The notes below the pieces were generated by a model, which made no database searches, had not been told where the DNA came from, and saw nothing but the letters and a program-made list of their open reading frames with translations. Made by a program: the position numbers and the translations under genes. From positions 248,001-312,000 of the forward strand of contig NW_026250423.1 of NCBI RefSeq assembly GCF_024521635.1: 64,000 bases of DNA, written 5' to 3'. Shown one piece after another: positions 12,876 through 26,560 of this stretch. This DNA is from Tricharina praecox (taxonomy: Eukaryota). The number at the start of each line of letters is the position of its first letter. The first letter of the stretch is position 1.

Positions 12876-13175
12876 TGACTGACTCCTCGGGTGCTTAGGC
12901 GTCGTTGGGGTGGGTCTCGATGCGCCGTCGGCCAACTGAAACACTGCACCGCTGAAACGAATAGTGGGGCAGCCATGCCCCATATGGACCCCTCAATGCC
13001 CAGCGCTATTCGGCATTGACTGATGAAATGGGGAATCACACGAAGAGCTTTGAACGAATGTAAAGGCGCGGCGTGCACTGTTCTTGCTTTGGTAGGCAAA
13101 GGACTTCCAAGTCATTCCGGTTCGATCAATTCATAAACTTTGACATCTCGTACATACACTCCGGTGAGTCAGTCA
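12876..13175. promoter_or_regulatory. CpcA/Cpc1 (Gcn4-type) cross-pathway control elements upstream of HIS1
   Basis: TGACTGACTC at 12876-12885, and TGAGTCAGTCA at 13165-13175 (contains a full TGAGTCA site). Both lie upstream of an amino-acid biosynthesis gene. Confidence 0.6.
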
Positions 13176-15242
13176 CTCTGGGGTGTGTTCCGAGTCCCTA
13201 GTGGTCCCGGATCATTGTTTTTCCGGAGAGATCTTCCGCCGTCGGTGCCTGACGATCAACCATGACACACCGGGCGCCGATAAGCGCACGGACAACTGTT
13301 GGCGGAAGAACCCCAGCCCGCTCCGAAGTCCGTGGTCGGAAGATCTTATAAGACTCTTCTGCCATGGCAACTGCTCCTGAACAGCAGCTCCCCGCCTCGG
13401 TTCCGCTAGAACGCCTTCACGTGGAGTCACTCGGCAAACTTGGTCTAGCTCATCTCATCCCTCGATCGCGAGCTTCTTCCTCCTCCTCCTCCTCTCCTCT
13501 TCATGACCATCATAAATCCCCTCAATCCGGCCAAACATAATACCGGGTCAGCTCGCTTGTTTCTCGATGTTGCACGAGACGGAGCTGCGGGCTTTATATA
13601 CTCCTCACTTCGGAAGGTTCCTACCATTTCCCGCCGGCATAATTCCCGGAGTCGGCGAGTGGGACAGAGATACCCCGCGGGTCAAGGGCGATGTAATCAA
13701 AACAAAATGCGGAGTTTCTCCAAGCACGGCGGTGGAACTACCTATTTGCGTCTGGCCATGGATGGATGATGCCATCAGCTATCAAATGACACCTGCTCCA
13801 TCTCGGTCTTTCCGCTGCTGGAGGATTCTTGCCCGAGCTGGTCTCCTCTCTCGCATAGAATGAGTCTTCAATCAGCACCGCAGCCAAGAGTTGGAGCTGG
13901 ACATCTTTTGCCACCATCACATGTCAACATGGGTGGCCTGGACTTCGCAGTGTCTGCCAACGTCGACCCAGCCCGGGGCCTACCGTGCACTCAGTCCGTT
14001 ATATCCCGTGGGCACTCTACCTTCCCGTGACGTGGTTCGCAAATTCGTTTTGATTGCGGTATAGGACAGATAAAGTTATTGCGGCTATTGCAGCCTGCCA
14101 TTTTGCTTGTGGCTCTTTCGTCGACGGGAGCAAGGGGTTTGAGTGGCCTGCGAGACCACATCAATACGATGGCTGGATGGGATACGTACCTGCTTATGCC
14201 AATTTCACCTGGGGCCTGCCCACGGATAACGTACATCCATGCGTACGTTTTGTGGTTCGGGGCGTTGACGACGACGCCTTGACATCGGCAAGTACGGCAG
14301 ACGTTCACCGCCCTGTCAGCTCAGGGGGGCACTTGGCGACATGGCCACGGCGGACCTCTCGCCAGTCGGCCATGGATCACATCCTCCGGGGCTCCTACTA
14401 TCTCACTAGAAAACCCTGTATCATGACCCTGTTCAACCGATGGATTGCCCTGGCCTACTCATACCTTCGCTTTAGTTACCTACGGCCCCCGCAGTCTTGA
14501 TAGTACCTGCCTACGTCCTCACCTGCAGGCTCATTTACGGCCTGCAATTCCGGCATCCTGCGCCCCCTTTTCATGGCGAACTTGCCCACTCGCGGCCTCA
14601 ATACCTCAGCTGCCACAAACGACTCCATCGAGGATCGGGGCAGCGACATAGTGGTCGTAACCGACGCCACCTGGACGCGCCCGCTTGATTGCTTGGCCAT
14701 GTCGGGAGGGCTGAGGATTCGGGGTATTGTTATTGTGGGGTATTGGGGTAAAGGCCTTGGTATGTCCGGGGTGCATATTGACGGCGGCTGGTGGTATACG
14801 CGGTGGTGGTGCTGGATCAATATCCTAGCAATTCCAAAACTACTTTATATTAACGGCTGTACTTGGCCATGCTTCCGAAGGGAAAAAACAGTTCACCTGA
14901 TTACTTTCGAGCGAAGGTACTGTACTCTATCACGGAATACACCAAAGCCTCGAGTATATGGCATTTCGTCACACTGTTTTTCTTTCTGATCTAGCACAAA
15001 AAAATCTTCAGCCCGACAGATGGGGAACGGACAACTTCATGAGTTTTCACCGAGGCTTCGTGGTGCGTGGCTTTCGTTCGTGACAATTGTCCCCGAGAAT
15101 CGACGGCCATCATGGAAAATCGTCGAGTACATAAGGGAGGCTTCGGAGACGAGTTTTGAGCTTCTTCATCCAGTCCAGCAAGCCAGCTTCCAGCACTGCA
15201 TTGAACATCACTCACTACATCCGCCGGAAAACTAGCAGCATC

Positions 15243-16481
15243 ATGAAGTTTACAATCCTCGGATGGGCCTTGGTTGGTCTGTCGCAGCTCATCTCGGTAT
15301 GGCTTCTTCCACATCTTCTCTGGCAAAAATGAACACACACTGACCAGAGTTTTCTAGGCTGCCCCTTCTACCATTAGCAAGCGCCAGTCCGCCGAGGCCG
15401 CGAGCGTCGGATATGCCACCTTGAACGGAGGTATGTTTGCTTCCTAGCGAGCAGTTGAGCCAGACAATAGCTAACTCACAAACTTTACAGGCACCACTGG
15501 AGGAATCGGTGGTACCGTCACCACAGTCACCACTCTGGCTGCCCTGACTGCTGCCGTCGCCGGTGACGCCAAAAAGATCGTTCTCATCAGCGGAACCATC
15601 ACTGGCGCTGCCCGTGTCGACATTGGTTCCAACACCAGTCTTCTCGGAAAGAACTCCGCCGCCGGTACATATCCCCTTCTAGGAGTATCCAAAGACAGCT
15701 TGCTGATGTTTCCTACCAGCTCTGGTCGGAATCGGACTCAGAGTCTACAAGGAGAGCAACGTCATCATCCGCAACATCAAGGTCTCCAAGGTTCTCGCCG
15801 GCACCGGTGATGCTATCGGTCTTCAGCTCGCCACCAACGTCTGGGTCGACCACGTTGAGCTCTTCTCCGACATGGACCACGACAAGGACTACTACGACGG
15901 TCTTCTGGACATCACCCACGCTTGTAAGATTTCTCCATCTCTTTCACCGGCGAACGATGCATGCTAACACGCAAAAGGCGACTGGATCACCGTCTCCTAC
16001 TGCTACTTCCACGACCACTGGAAGGCCTCGCTCGTCGGCCACTCCGACAGCAACGGCGACGAGGACACCGGCCACTTGACCGTCACCTACAAGCACAAGT
16101 AACTCCCTCATCTTCCCCCCTCTATCTCCCCCGCTAACAACCCCCAGCTACTGGAAGAACATCAACTCGCGCACTCCGTCGTTCCGCTTCGGTACCGGCC
16201 ATGTGTACAACAACTACTTCCTGAGCGTCAACGACGGCATCAACACCCGCCAGGGTGCACAGCTCCTTGTCCAGAACAACGTGTTCGAGGACACCAGCGA
16301 CCCCCTCTACTCCACCGACGACGGCTACGCCGTTGCCACCGGAAACGACTTTGGCATTGGCGCCAACGAGGCCCTCGCCGGCACCCTCACCACCGTGCCT
16401 TATTCGTACAGTCTCGGCTCTACCAGCACCACCAAGGCGTACGTCATTGCCAACGCTGGTAACAGCTTGACCATTGGTTAA
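15243..16481 (+). CDS. Secreted pectate lyase, polysaccharide lyase family 1, 6 exons
   Basis: Signal peptide MKFTILGWALVGLSQLISAAP and a KR processing site. Motifs GYATLNGGTTGG, NVIIRNI, GDAIG, NVWVDHVELFSD, YYDGLLDITH, HDHWKASLVGHSD and NSRTPSFRFGTGHVYNNYF. Five canonical introns. Confidence 0.95.
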
Positions 16482-16780
16482 ATGCTTAGCCCGCTGCCGT
16501 CGGGGACGAGGGGACGAGGGGACGAGGGGACGAGAGAGATTGGAAGTGTTTAGTTTCGAATTTGTTGTTTTATGTAGGGGGAGGATTGATCAATCGGGTG
16601 GAGAGTTGAAGGACAGGTGCCTGTGGATAAAAAAACTGGTGGAAGAATACATTCGTTTGGTTGCAGACATGAAACCGAGTGATATTTGGAGATGTAGTGA
16701 CCCCTCGCCCGTGACTTTTACGTTCCCATATCCGTTCTATTTTACATTGATATTGTACATGATCTCTTTCGTGTGATCGA

Positions 16781-18266
16781 TCAGAGCTCCCGGCCGGTAA
16801 TCCCACTATTTTCCACTTGGCTCTCCTCGATCTTCTCCTCCGCTATCGTTTCTTCCGCTTCAGTAGCAGTGAGTATCCCTTCGGCTGCGGGGACCTCAGC
16901 AGTAGCAGTGGGAGCCGCTATCGTTTCTTCCTCTTCAGCGGCAGTGAGTATCCCTTCGGCCGCGGGTGTCTCAACAGTAGCATCGGGAACCTCGACTGCC
17001 GGTTTAACCCTCAAATTCTTCGCGTGGCCCGGCCCCTCACCCCCTCTCGCCTTCCTCCTAAAAATCCCAAAGAACCCACCTCCAATAACTCTCTCAAAGC
17101 TTGTAGGTCTACAAACCATCTCATACTCCGACTCTCTGCCTTCCTCCCCCTCACCCACTGCTCCGGCATCATCCTTATTCTCCGCCTCTGAAATGCTCAA
17201 CTTCTTATCCGACCTCGACCTGACACGGGCATACCTAACATCCCAGCTCCTCAGCCCGGCACCCGTGCCAGCCCCACCAGGGAATTCAAGCACCTGACTG
17301 AGCACCAGCGGCAGCCTCTGTGTCTTCACCATCTTCAAGCACGCGGCCACCTGCGTTATACTCGGACAAAACACGCCGACAATCCCATCCGTCAGCGTCG
17401 CCTCTGCCGCAGCAGCCAGGTGGTCGTCATGTCCGGGCAAGTCCAGTAGCACGGCATAGAGGAACCCCTCAGCCTCCCCCTCGCCATCCCTCGCTTCCAA
17501 CCCGCGCTCTTTCATTTGCTGGCGTATCCACACGCTCGGATCACCAACATAGAACTCGATATCGTCCATGTACATCCCGCGGCGAAACCCCTTAACGACA
17601 TCACGGGCATGCGCCGAGTGCTTCGCCGAAATGTCGAGCGAGTGCACCACCGCCCCGCGGCGCGCCTTGTCCTCCTCCGACAGCGGCTTGGCCAGGTGCG
17701 TGTTCCCCGCGTGCACGGTGCGTGCCAGCGCGAGCGTTAAGCTTCCGTGGCCGGTGCCGGCCTCGAAGATCTCCAGCGGCGCGCTGCCCTCCGCTAGCGC
17801 CCCGCCGTCCACATGCACATCCAGCAAACTCGCGATCGTCGCCGCGTCCAACGGATAAACCTACCGGTCCCCCCTCTTAGCCCCGTCCCCCTCCCCCACC
17901 ACCCCCCGCTCCGCCGCCCAAACCTAAAAGACATACCGGCGTCACAATTCTCGGGACTCTGGTAACATACTGATCAAGGGTCGGCCAGGTGAGGCGAAAC
18001 TCCGTTCCGCGGCGCGTAGCGAGAATGTCGCGCGGGCCGCGGCCGATGATGTCCGTGTGCGGGATCGAGCCGTGGTGCGATTCCGCGGACTTGTGTGCTG
18101 CCAGCGGCTGCGTCAGGTACACTTTTTCTGGATTGTTGGTGTGCCGTAAAAGAACTCGGTCACCGGGAGCGAAGTAGGGGATGTTGGAGGAGACATTGCG
18201 GACTTGCGCTTGGGCGAGGGCTTGCCGCCGGAGAGAGTGGAGGAGCGGCCGGAGTGTGCGTGACAT
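16781..18266 (-). CDS. tRNA (adenine-58-N1) methyltransferase, GCD14/TrmI family, mitochondrial type (TRMT61B-like), 2 exons
   Basis: Presequence-like MSRTLRPLLHSLRRQALAQAQVRN. Motifs HHGSIPHTDIIG, PTLDQYV..PRIVTPVYP, EAGTGHGSLT (SAM-binding), LLDLP and FCPSITQV. Intron 17936-17861. Confidence 0.85.
16840..16989. repeat. 75-bp tandem duplication within the TRM61-like CDS
   Basis: ccgctatcgtttcttcc...gcagtgagtatcccttcggc.gcggg starts at 16840 and again at 16915. It encodes PAAEGILTA..EETIA twice. Confidence 0.9.
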
Positions 18267-19253
18267 AAATACTGCCGTGGTGGGGGTGGGTGGGGCGGTG
18301 GTGGGGTGGTGGGGTGGTGGGTGGTGGAGAGAGGTTGCGTTAAGCTTGGTGGAGGATTTAGAATTTAGAGTAAAGATGCACCCACGACTGCCACGCTAAA
18401 GTCGCTTTAGCCTCCTGTCAGTGGAACTCTATGTACTTGGCGGGAGATCGTCAGTGAGGCTCGGCCGAGTTCCGACGGCCGCTGATGGGAATAGATACTT
18501 TCTTAGGCTTTATATATACCGTGAAGTCAACCAAAACTGCGTCCAATTAACTCAGATACATCCTCAGACGTGAACCGTGGCAGCCGTGAGCACATATTTC
18601 AGCGTATGAAACTCAGACTGGACGCTTTGGCAATCGGTAAACGACGAGATAATCGTTGAAACTCAAAAACAACAACCACCCAAAATCTGCCTCGCACCTT
18701 GGCATTCGGGTGTCATCCACGTTCAAGTACCTGTCTCCATCCCTAGAGTACCCGCGTTCTTGCAGATTATTTAGCGTTGGACCATGGCGCCGGATGTCAT
18801 GTTCTTTCGACTCCACCAGGTTTACCGGCGGAAGACCTGAAGTTGAAGTTCCATGTTATGATACCAGTAGTTATTCGTCGGAAAGAGAAGAAATCCAGAG
18901 TATGCACAGACCAAGTACCAACCAGGAAATTGAAGAAAAACGAGAACTTTTCTTCATCTGCCCGGGCCCTCATCGTCATCACGAAATCTAATTCCTACAC
19001 TTCTTCCGACCAATGCTCCTCCATCCTCTCCGTATGATCTCTAAAAAAACGAAGTACTCCAAATAAGTATCAAAGAGAAAAAAAACATCTGTCGCTAAGT
19101 ATATAGGAAAGGTGAAAAAAACTAAGAATGAAAAAAACTCCGTGGATGAAGAACACAACATATTCCGAATATTTGATGGAGCATGCTGCAGCGAAAATGG
19201 TACGATCGTGATATTGTACAAAATCGATATAGAAAGGAAAAGAAAAGCGACGA

Positions 19254-22200
19254 CTATAACACTTCTTGTACGAACTTCTGTGTATCGCGGAAGAGATTAG
19301 AACCGATCATTGTAGTGTTTATGGAGGGATGAACTTACCACGAAGAATGCCTTGAACTGCTTCACGTCTGTCTGTCTTAGGCTGTCGCAGTACTCTTCGG
19401 TACCCCTGCTAACGCCGATGCGGGGGAAGATGGCGCCCTTGAGGCTGTCCAGGAAGCTCTCGCCTAGCTTCAGGTACAGCATCTTCTGCAGCGACGCAAT
19501 CTCGCCGAGTACTGCTCTCCCTTGGGCATCCTTGGGGTTGAAGCCGGATGTGTACGGGATTTCCCAGCACAGGAGGGAGAAGCGCTCAGTCATGAGGTTT
19601 TCGAAGCCGGAGAGTGGCTGTTCTTGAGGGGGAATGGCTCCCACTAGGGTTGTTACTATCTTGTTATTACCAACGGCAGGACCGAAGACGAAGGACATCT
19701 TGTTGAGAAGGTTGACGGCGAGTTTTTGTGTGGTCGGATCTGAAATCTCTTTGGCATAGTGCTCAATTACATTCAGGACAGTCTCGAATTGGTCCTTGTT
19801 GGCTGGAAACAGTGTCAGTAGGCTCGATGGACTCGACGTCGGGGGAAATTCGCAAACCTTCGCTGACAAGAACCTGGCCAAGATCATTGTTCAGAATGAC
19901 TACAATGAAATTGAGGAAGTCTCTTCGAAGCTCGGCGAGCTGGACCTCGTCGTCTGTCCCGGTCACTGGTTCTGAGAGTGACGTAAAGATGCGTTGCAAC
20001 AGCGGCATGAGCAGATCGTTCAGCATGTCGAAGATCACGTTCTGGAAGACGGGTCAGCTATGGCAAAAACAAGGGAATAACAACAAAGACAAACCTTAAA
20101 ACCATGAATGAGATGGTTCATCAACTTGAGAAACATAGAGACCTCCTCCTTAGTAGAGCTCTTCGCCATCAATCCCGCGATCCACCGAGGCAGTGTCGGC
20201 AGGATATTCGGACCCAGAACTCCAACGATGCGCGCAAACGAAAACCTCGCCGATTCTCGGATGATAGCAAAGTTGCTCAATCGCTCTAAAGCGACCAAGA
20301 TGGCCTCAGTAACCCGCCCAAACTCCTCTGCAACTTCTGGAGCACAGCTCTTGTCCGGACGACTACCCGTAACCCAATCGGAGAAGCCCTTTCCCAGTGT
20401 GCCGAGTGCCATAACGTCATGGTGAATCTGAAGTGCGGCCATCAAGTCTCCACTCTCTGCCGATGCAAGGTTCTTCTCCATGTCGGCAAACATTGGTGTC
20501 GTTACCGATTTGACCAAGACGGCCTGTTTTTCGACAGACAATGTTGGGACCGAGCACATGCACCCGACTGCTTCGAAGAGGTAGAGTTGGCTCTCGAAGG
20601 TCGAATCCCCAGTCTGCTGGGACTCTGACATTTCATCTGCGTCTTGTTTATCTTTTGGCAATTCCGCACGGATAACGAGCAGGTCGCCCATAGCTCTCAT
20701 GATCGTTTCGGCAACTTCACCCATATGCTGTCTCAGGCTCTTGACAAAACGATGAAATAGGTACCACGATCGAGTTCTAACACGGATATGGGTGTCATGG
20801 ATACACTTATTGAACCCCTCTAGTGCCTGTGGGATGTAGTTCGTGTGCACTTCAAAAAATGCGGTATGTCGCATGAAGATTTCCATAGACTTGAGTTTGA
20901 TAACTGGGTGAGGATGATCCGCGACATCTGCGCGCAAAAGGTCAGCAAACTAGCTCGACCCATCGTACTGAGAGTTGCCTTACTAGAAGCCATCATTTTG
21001 CCCAACATGTTGACGAGTCTCTCCGCTGGAAGACCGGTAGGTTGCCCCTTCGCGAACAGACCACCGTAACGCATCGCCATCTCTCCAAAGGAAGACATCT
21101 CATAAAGAGCCAAGTCCACATCACGCCAGTCAACCGAGTTGTTGCCACCTTGCATCCTGTCGAAAGTTCCTTCTACAAGTTGGGACATCAGATCGATATA
21201 GAGGCCTTCATCGATTGTCGAGATAGCATCTTGCATAGTCTTGAGCTGCCTCCTCAGCTGCTCGAATTCTGCCTCCTCCGACTGTTCATCCTCATCCCCC
21301 CAGTTCGTGTCGGCATCGTATTTCGTCTTCATCACAATTGCGTTCAAAATCGGCTGAAGCATAGCTGCGTGCCCGGGCATGAGTCCCCCGGTAACCTTTT
21401 TTTCCTTGCGGATGAATGACAGGAGCTCGGTGGTGACGGGGAAAACAGCAGCAGAGGTATCATCGTAGTCATCGGAAAAGAACCGGAGCAGCAAGGGCAG
21501 AAACATTTGAAGCAGATTTTCAGCCCGGTGCTTGTTGTTTTCATCAACATCGTCCTAGCAATTGTCAGCATGGTCTCCGAGATGGAATATCAGGTGTACC
21601 TACTCGGCCCAGTATGGCGACAATATCCATCATGGCCGCATTGACCAACTTCGCCGCCCCTTCGGCAAGATCTGTATCATAATCGTCCGCCTTCTGGTCC
21701 TGTAGGGCTGGAGACTGAGCGATCTGATCTGCGATCTGTCCAACATTGAGGAAAGTAATCAGGTCCAGTTTGTCTGCGGGCTTCATCTTCTTGCTAACGA
21801 TTTCGGTCAAGGCACCAATCGCCGCATCGCGAACCTTGCCGCCAAAGTCCATAAATTGGAAGAGCTGGCTCAACATCAAGTCATTAACGACGAGCGAAAT
21901 ATCAATCCAGCTGACCCATCGGCTAATAATCCTGAGACCCATCTCTACGACTGAGTTATCTTCTTTGCCCTTCCACTCCTCCATGATCTCCTGCCATGTC
22001 GCGACTAGGTTCCGCATGTCTCGCTCACGCACACAATCTTTGATCATAACATTCCTCTGCCCCTCCTGCGGAGTCCTTGGTATAAGAACATCAGCGACCT
22101 CGTCGTGAACACTGGCGCATACACGCAAGAAGAACTGGATACCCGGGAGGTTGTCCCACCCAGCGCCAGGCGAGGACTTGCCGAGAGCGATCAGATCATC

Positions 22201-22742
22201 GAAGAAAGTCTGCCAGCTGTGCATGTATGTTGCGATGAAGAGCATCGTCATAACCTGACCGAGCTTGTTCTGGATGAAGGCACTATCCGAGGGAGCAGGC
22301 CCGGGCCCATAGCTCTTCAACACATATTCCCAAATAACCCGACGAATATACAGTATGGATTCGTCGTCTGCGCGCTGCGAGCGTCGATCGATAGCTTCCT
22401 TCAGGATCTCAAGGCAGTACATGCAGGTTGTTTCGGACGCCCGCGGGGTACGGATGAAAAGCGACAATGCTGCCTGCCAGCCATCTTCGGAGGCTTTGAC
22501 GGTGTGGATGTAGGTGACAGCCTGTGTACATCAGTGGTGAGCTGGAGCTCGGCGGCAACTTCAGAGCGTGGGGAATGGACGAACTTGTTGCGCGAGCTGG
22601 GGGTCAGCATGACGGCGAGGGTCCGCCGCGATCTCCACAGCTTGTTCCAACTAGTGTTCCAATATGTCAGATGATAGCCCTAGCAAAAACTGCTGCGAGG
22701 AGAATGCCGGACTAAGAGGTGTAGACTCACTTGGACGTCCAT
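19254..22742 (-). CDS. LOS1: Exportin-T (tRNA nuclear export receptor), multi-exon
   Basis: Importin-beta/HEAT-like protein with FIQNKLGQV, W..FFDDL, FFLRVCASVHDEVAD, IKDCVRERD, WVSWIDISLVVN, RVRTRSWYLFHRFVK and FESQLYLFEAVG. First coding exon is MDVQ; last exon is KFVQEVL*. Confidence 0.92.
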
Positions 22743-24132
22743 TGCGGCTTGCGAGCAACACTTGAACAGCGTCGCTGAATGCTATTCCGTGATCACTGGA
22801 AAGCGACTTGGCAGGCGCAAAAAGCGTAGCGGTTCCGTTACGCGTGAGATGTGTCGCGTGTGCGGGGTTATGACGAGAGGGTGGTTTTTTTTTTCTGTCG
22901 GAGGTGATGTGTCCACGCCAGGTGCCGATCGATGGTTGCGAGAGTATTATCGAACTGTTGCGGCTACTAACGATATCACAGAGGGGTTCTCAGGTGATAT
23001 TGATATTTCGACAGAGGTTGTCTAACGTTATGGCGGGTATGGAAATGTTGTTCTGTTGCGTCGCATCTGTTGCTTGAGGTGAAGAGAGGCCTGACTGTTA
23101 GCTGGAAGGAATTAACTTGTATGGTGGGGCAATCGTTGACGCTTGGACCACCTCTGACTCTCGAAGCACGTGATAGGTAGCCCTTTAAGCGTTGTGGTCC
23201 ATTTTGAGGTCGTGTAAACCTACAACAACCACAAAAGTCACTCTAGCCGGATACTCTACAACAAGTTAGAAACACCATCCATGTGCGTTGGTGATTCAGA
23301 ATGCAATTTTCGATATTTCAGGCCTATCTGGCCAGAAGTTGCATGCATGGAAGAGCTTTCAACGGCCACGTCTTGTCAACGCCACGCCAGAAGTTCAGTC
23401 CCGGATCTTTACTCGCTACTTCTCGCTACACGTAAACCGATACTGCGACGGCTCGTAAGGGACGGACGAGTGAGGCAGCATGATACGGACGACGTACGGA
23501 ATGACGGCTTTCCTTCTGCTCGGTTCTTCTGGAGACTTTTACTAGTTCGCATTCGATCAGCCCCCAAGAAATCTACACCTTGTACAACGGTCAGGATTAT
23601 TGTGCCTACCGACTGGATGCAGTGTAACCCCACGATCAACGAACTTCAACTCGGCAAGCTGCGTCCCAAGTCGATGACCCGTTTGGATGCCGTAGGGAAG
23701 ATATCTAGCGTTTGGCTGTGTCACCGCCACGCGTTCTAGCCGAGATATTTTACCCGGGAGAGGAACGGCGCCTCGTCAACGGGAAGGATTCCGCGGCGGG
23801 TTGCTGGCTCGGCACCTGGCTCGAAACTATCACGATCTCAAAGCCAAAAGTGAAGATTTACGTCACCTTGCAGCGGAGCCGCACTTTAATCCCCCAGGAC
23901 TGACTTGGCGTGCGAACACTTGTTCTTAGTCCTTTACCGGTGATATGGTTTAATTGATGCAAAGCCAGTGAGTCATATGATGCGCCCAGACTCAGTATCC
24001 ACCAACTCACCCCTGATCGCCATTGGGTTCGCATTCATAATCACATTGTGGGTATATACACCAGTATCTAACCCATATATCCAACCCAACGCCATAACTC
24101 CACCACATCATCCAACCGATTGTACATTCAAT

Positions 24133-26560
24133 TCACCATTGATCCCCCAAGATTCAGTCCCGACATAGTCAATCCATTTGTAGCCACGGGACTTTCCACA
24201 GCATTAAGCTTCTCCTGTTGGAGTCGTATGAATGCAAGCTTTTGAAAGCGGTTCAGGGAATTGTAGAAATGGCGGCCAGCCTAAACGTATTAGAAAAGGT
24301 AGTGGTGGGGTTAAGTGGCCGGGGTGTTTACCATGTGGACTGATATACGCTCGAGCAAATCCACGATTGCGAAGCGGACTTTCTGAGAGGGGTGAAATAG
24401 ACCCATCGATATGACGAATAATCCTCCCTGGCTCTCCGGGAGTGCACAAAGCAGCTACACAGGGGGTTAGACATCAATCATATCTGGACGAGCATGCAAG
24501 CCGCTTACTTGGTTAATCTCCTCGTAATCATTCACATACTCCTTCAAAGACTGGTATATCTTTGCGGATTCTTCAGTTGACAGCTTCAACGTCCGTAAAC
24601 GATCAATTTGATGTTGCAGGTCCATGATTTTGATCGGTTTCGCAACATAGAACGACTGGACATCCTGCACATACGCATGATAACTTCGCGTACCTCTCCA
24701 GCCTTCAATGCGCATCATATTCGCCGACAGATCCCGGTGTTTCGACTGCTCATCTGGCCACACATGGCCGTGTCCGCGGATGACATGATTCTCCTCATGC
24801 CCTATCCAAAGCTGGCTTGAGCCGAAGACTAACTCTTCGAAGGCAGCGGCCATGTGCGTGAAGCGGATGACATAGTCTCTCCACTTTGCCCTGACAGCTT
24901 TCTCTCCAAAGCGAGACGAGATACAGTGCACAATGTCGTCCATGAACGCGTTATCACCGGTATCGTGGTGTCCTGATACAGTGGATATAGCGCCGAATAA
25001 GGTTGCGCTGTCGCTAGGGCCTGGCTGCTTTGTTTCGGTAGATATCTTGATGCGGCCCGTATCGATATTGCATAGGATGTCCCACCAAGTGGGGTGGTGA
25101 GCGAACGCCGGGTTCTTGACACCGGCGATGAAGCCAGGCACCATTAGGAGCTCGTCGACCTTCGAGAGATCTGTGTATGGAAACGCATGGCGAGTGAAGC
25201 CACGAAGAGTGCCACCACTTACTAACGCGCACGCTGCTAACACATGGTTTGCTACTTCTCCCGACGGCCTGTCATGGCTTAGGAAAATGATTCTTTTCTC
25301 GGTGAGAAGGCCGTTTATCAGAACAATCACTGGATGTGTATATGGACCGTTTGTTGTGAGGTGGGGGTGAAGTGGAAAGGGCTGAGGGTTCTGTGCATGC
25401 GGAGCTGAAAATGTTGTAATCAGTTGGATCAGTGAGAACTGGCGAATGACCGATGTCAGCCCATTATCACCACAGGATACGGCTCGAGAATATAGGACCT
25501 ACATCACCAACGGTCTCGGGCACGATGGCAACGGGCACTCGGATCGGTACAGGTATGCCATTGTACACCACCTTTGTTTCGAACTCGTGACTATCCCGGT
25601 TTATTGTAATTTTTCCATTCATTACTTTGTTTCTTCCAGGTGCCAGGTCAATGTACGTGGTTGGTCTTTTCTCCCCTTCGGAGTCCGCCGTCCCCGGTAC
25701 TCCCAGTGATGTTGAGGGTGAGCGAACATGCGATGCCGCAAGCGCCGCCGCAGTGAGTGAGGTTTGTGCCATCTCTTCAAATTTCTCCGAGAACATATCT
25801 TTGTTGTCGCTCGCGGAAAGTATCTGGCGTTCGAAGATGGACAGCCGCGGCATGGCTGAGAGGTCCATGCTGTTTACGGAGGTAAACAGCTTTGTCAGGA
25901 TATCAACCGACGGGTTTTTGAAATAATCCTCCAGCGCAAAAAGGAGTAATGGCTTGTAGATATGCAGGAAAGAATGCCGCGTACATATCGCCATCGCTTT
26001 CACTATTGCACCTCTATGCAATATCTATTAGCTTCCAAGTCTGTGCATGCATAGTCGGCCCTACCCCACCTTTTTGCTTCTTTATCATGCTTCGTGATGA
26101 CAAGATTAAGGACGTATATTAACGGCGCCTGCACACCGGGTTCTTGCTGTTCTTCGGTTTGCTCGGCGTCTTTGTGTAGGAAGAAGATTGTCCAATCCTG
26201 ATCGCGAGTATGGGCTCCATCCGGAAGCATGAGCTCCGCCAACATGCTGTTATGCGAGTCGGCATGATCAGCGAGTGTTCGCATGCGAAGTATTGGCTAC
26301 ATTGCACGGGCTTACTGTTCATCGCCACTAATTGGATTCGGATATTGGTGCTCCATGATGGACCCTTTATCGATGGAGAATTCGGCCACGAGAATGTAGT
26401 CGACATGTTGCTGATTCGCTGAAACATAGTATCCGCCTCCGACCATATGCCCATTACCGCCAACGCTTCGTGAGCTTCCGACGCTGGCTCGAGAGACGAC
26501 AGTACCGGCAGTGCTAGCTGTGGTCCTAATGGAAGCTCCGTTGAGACTGGTGCCCGTCAT
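24133..26560 (-). CDS. mesA: MesA/Afi1 polarity protein (Arf3-interacting, DENN-like), 6 exons
   Basis: Motifs [66 protein letters not shown] and [29 protein letters not shown]. Canonical introns; stop at 24135-24133. Confidence 0.9.

Noticed and set aside
16502..16534. GGGACGAG x4 and similar short arrays
   Set aside because: Simple tandem repeats without spacers; not CRISPR.
18656..19037. Overlapping short ORFs between the TRM61-like gene and LOS1
   Set aside because: No ATG-led coherent gene model or recognisable domain.
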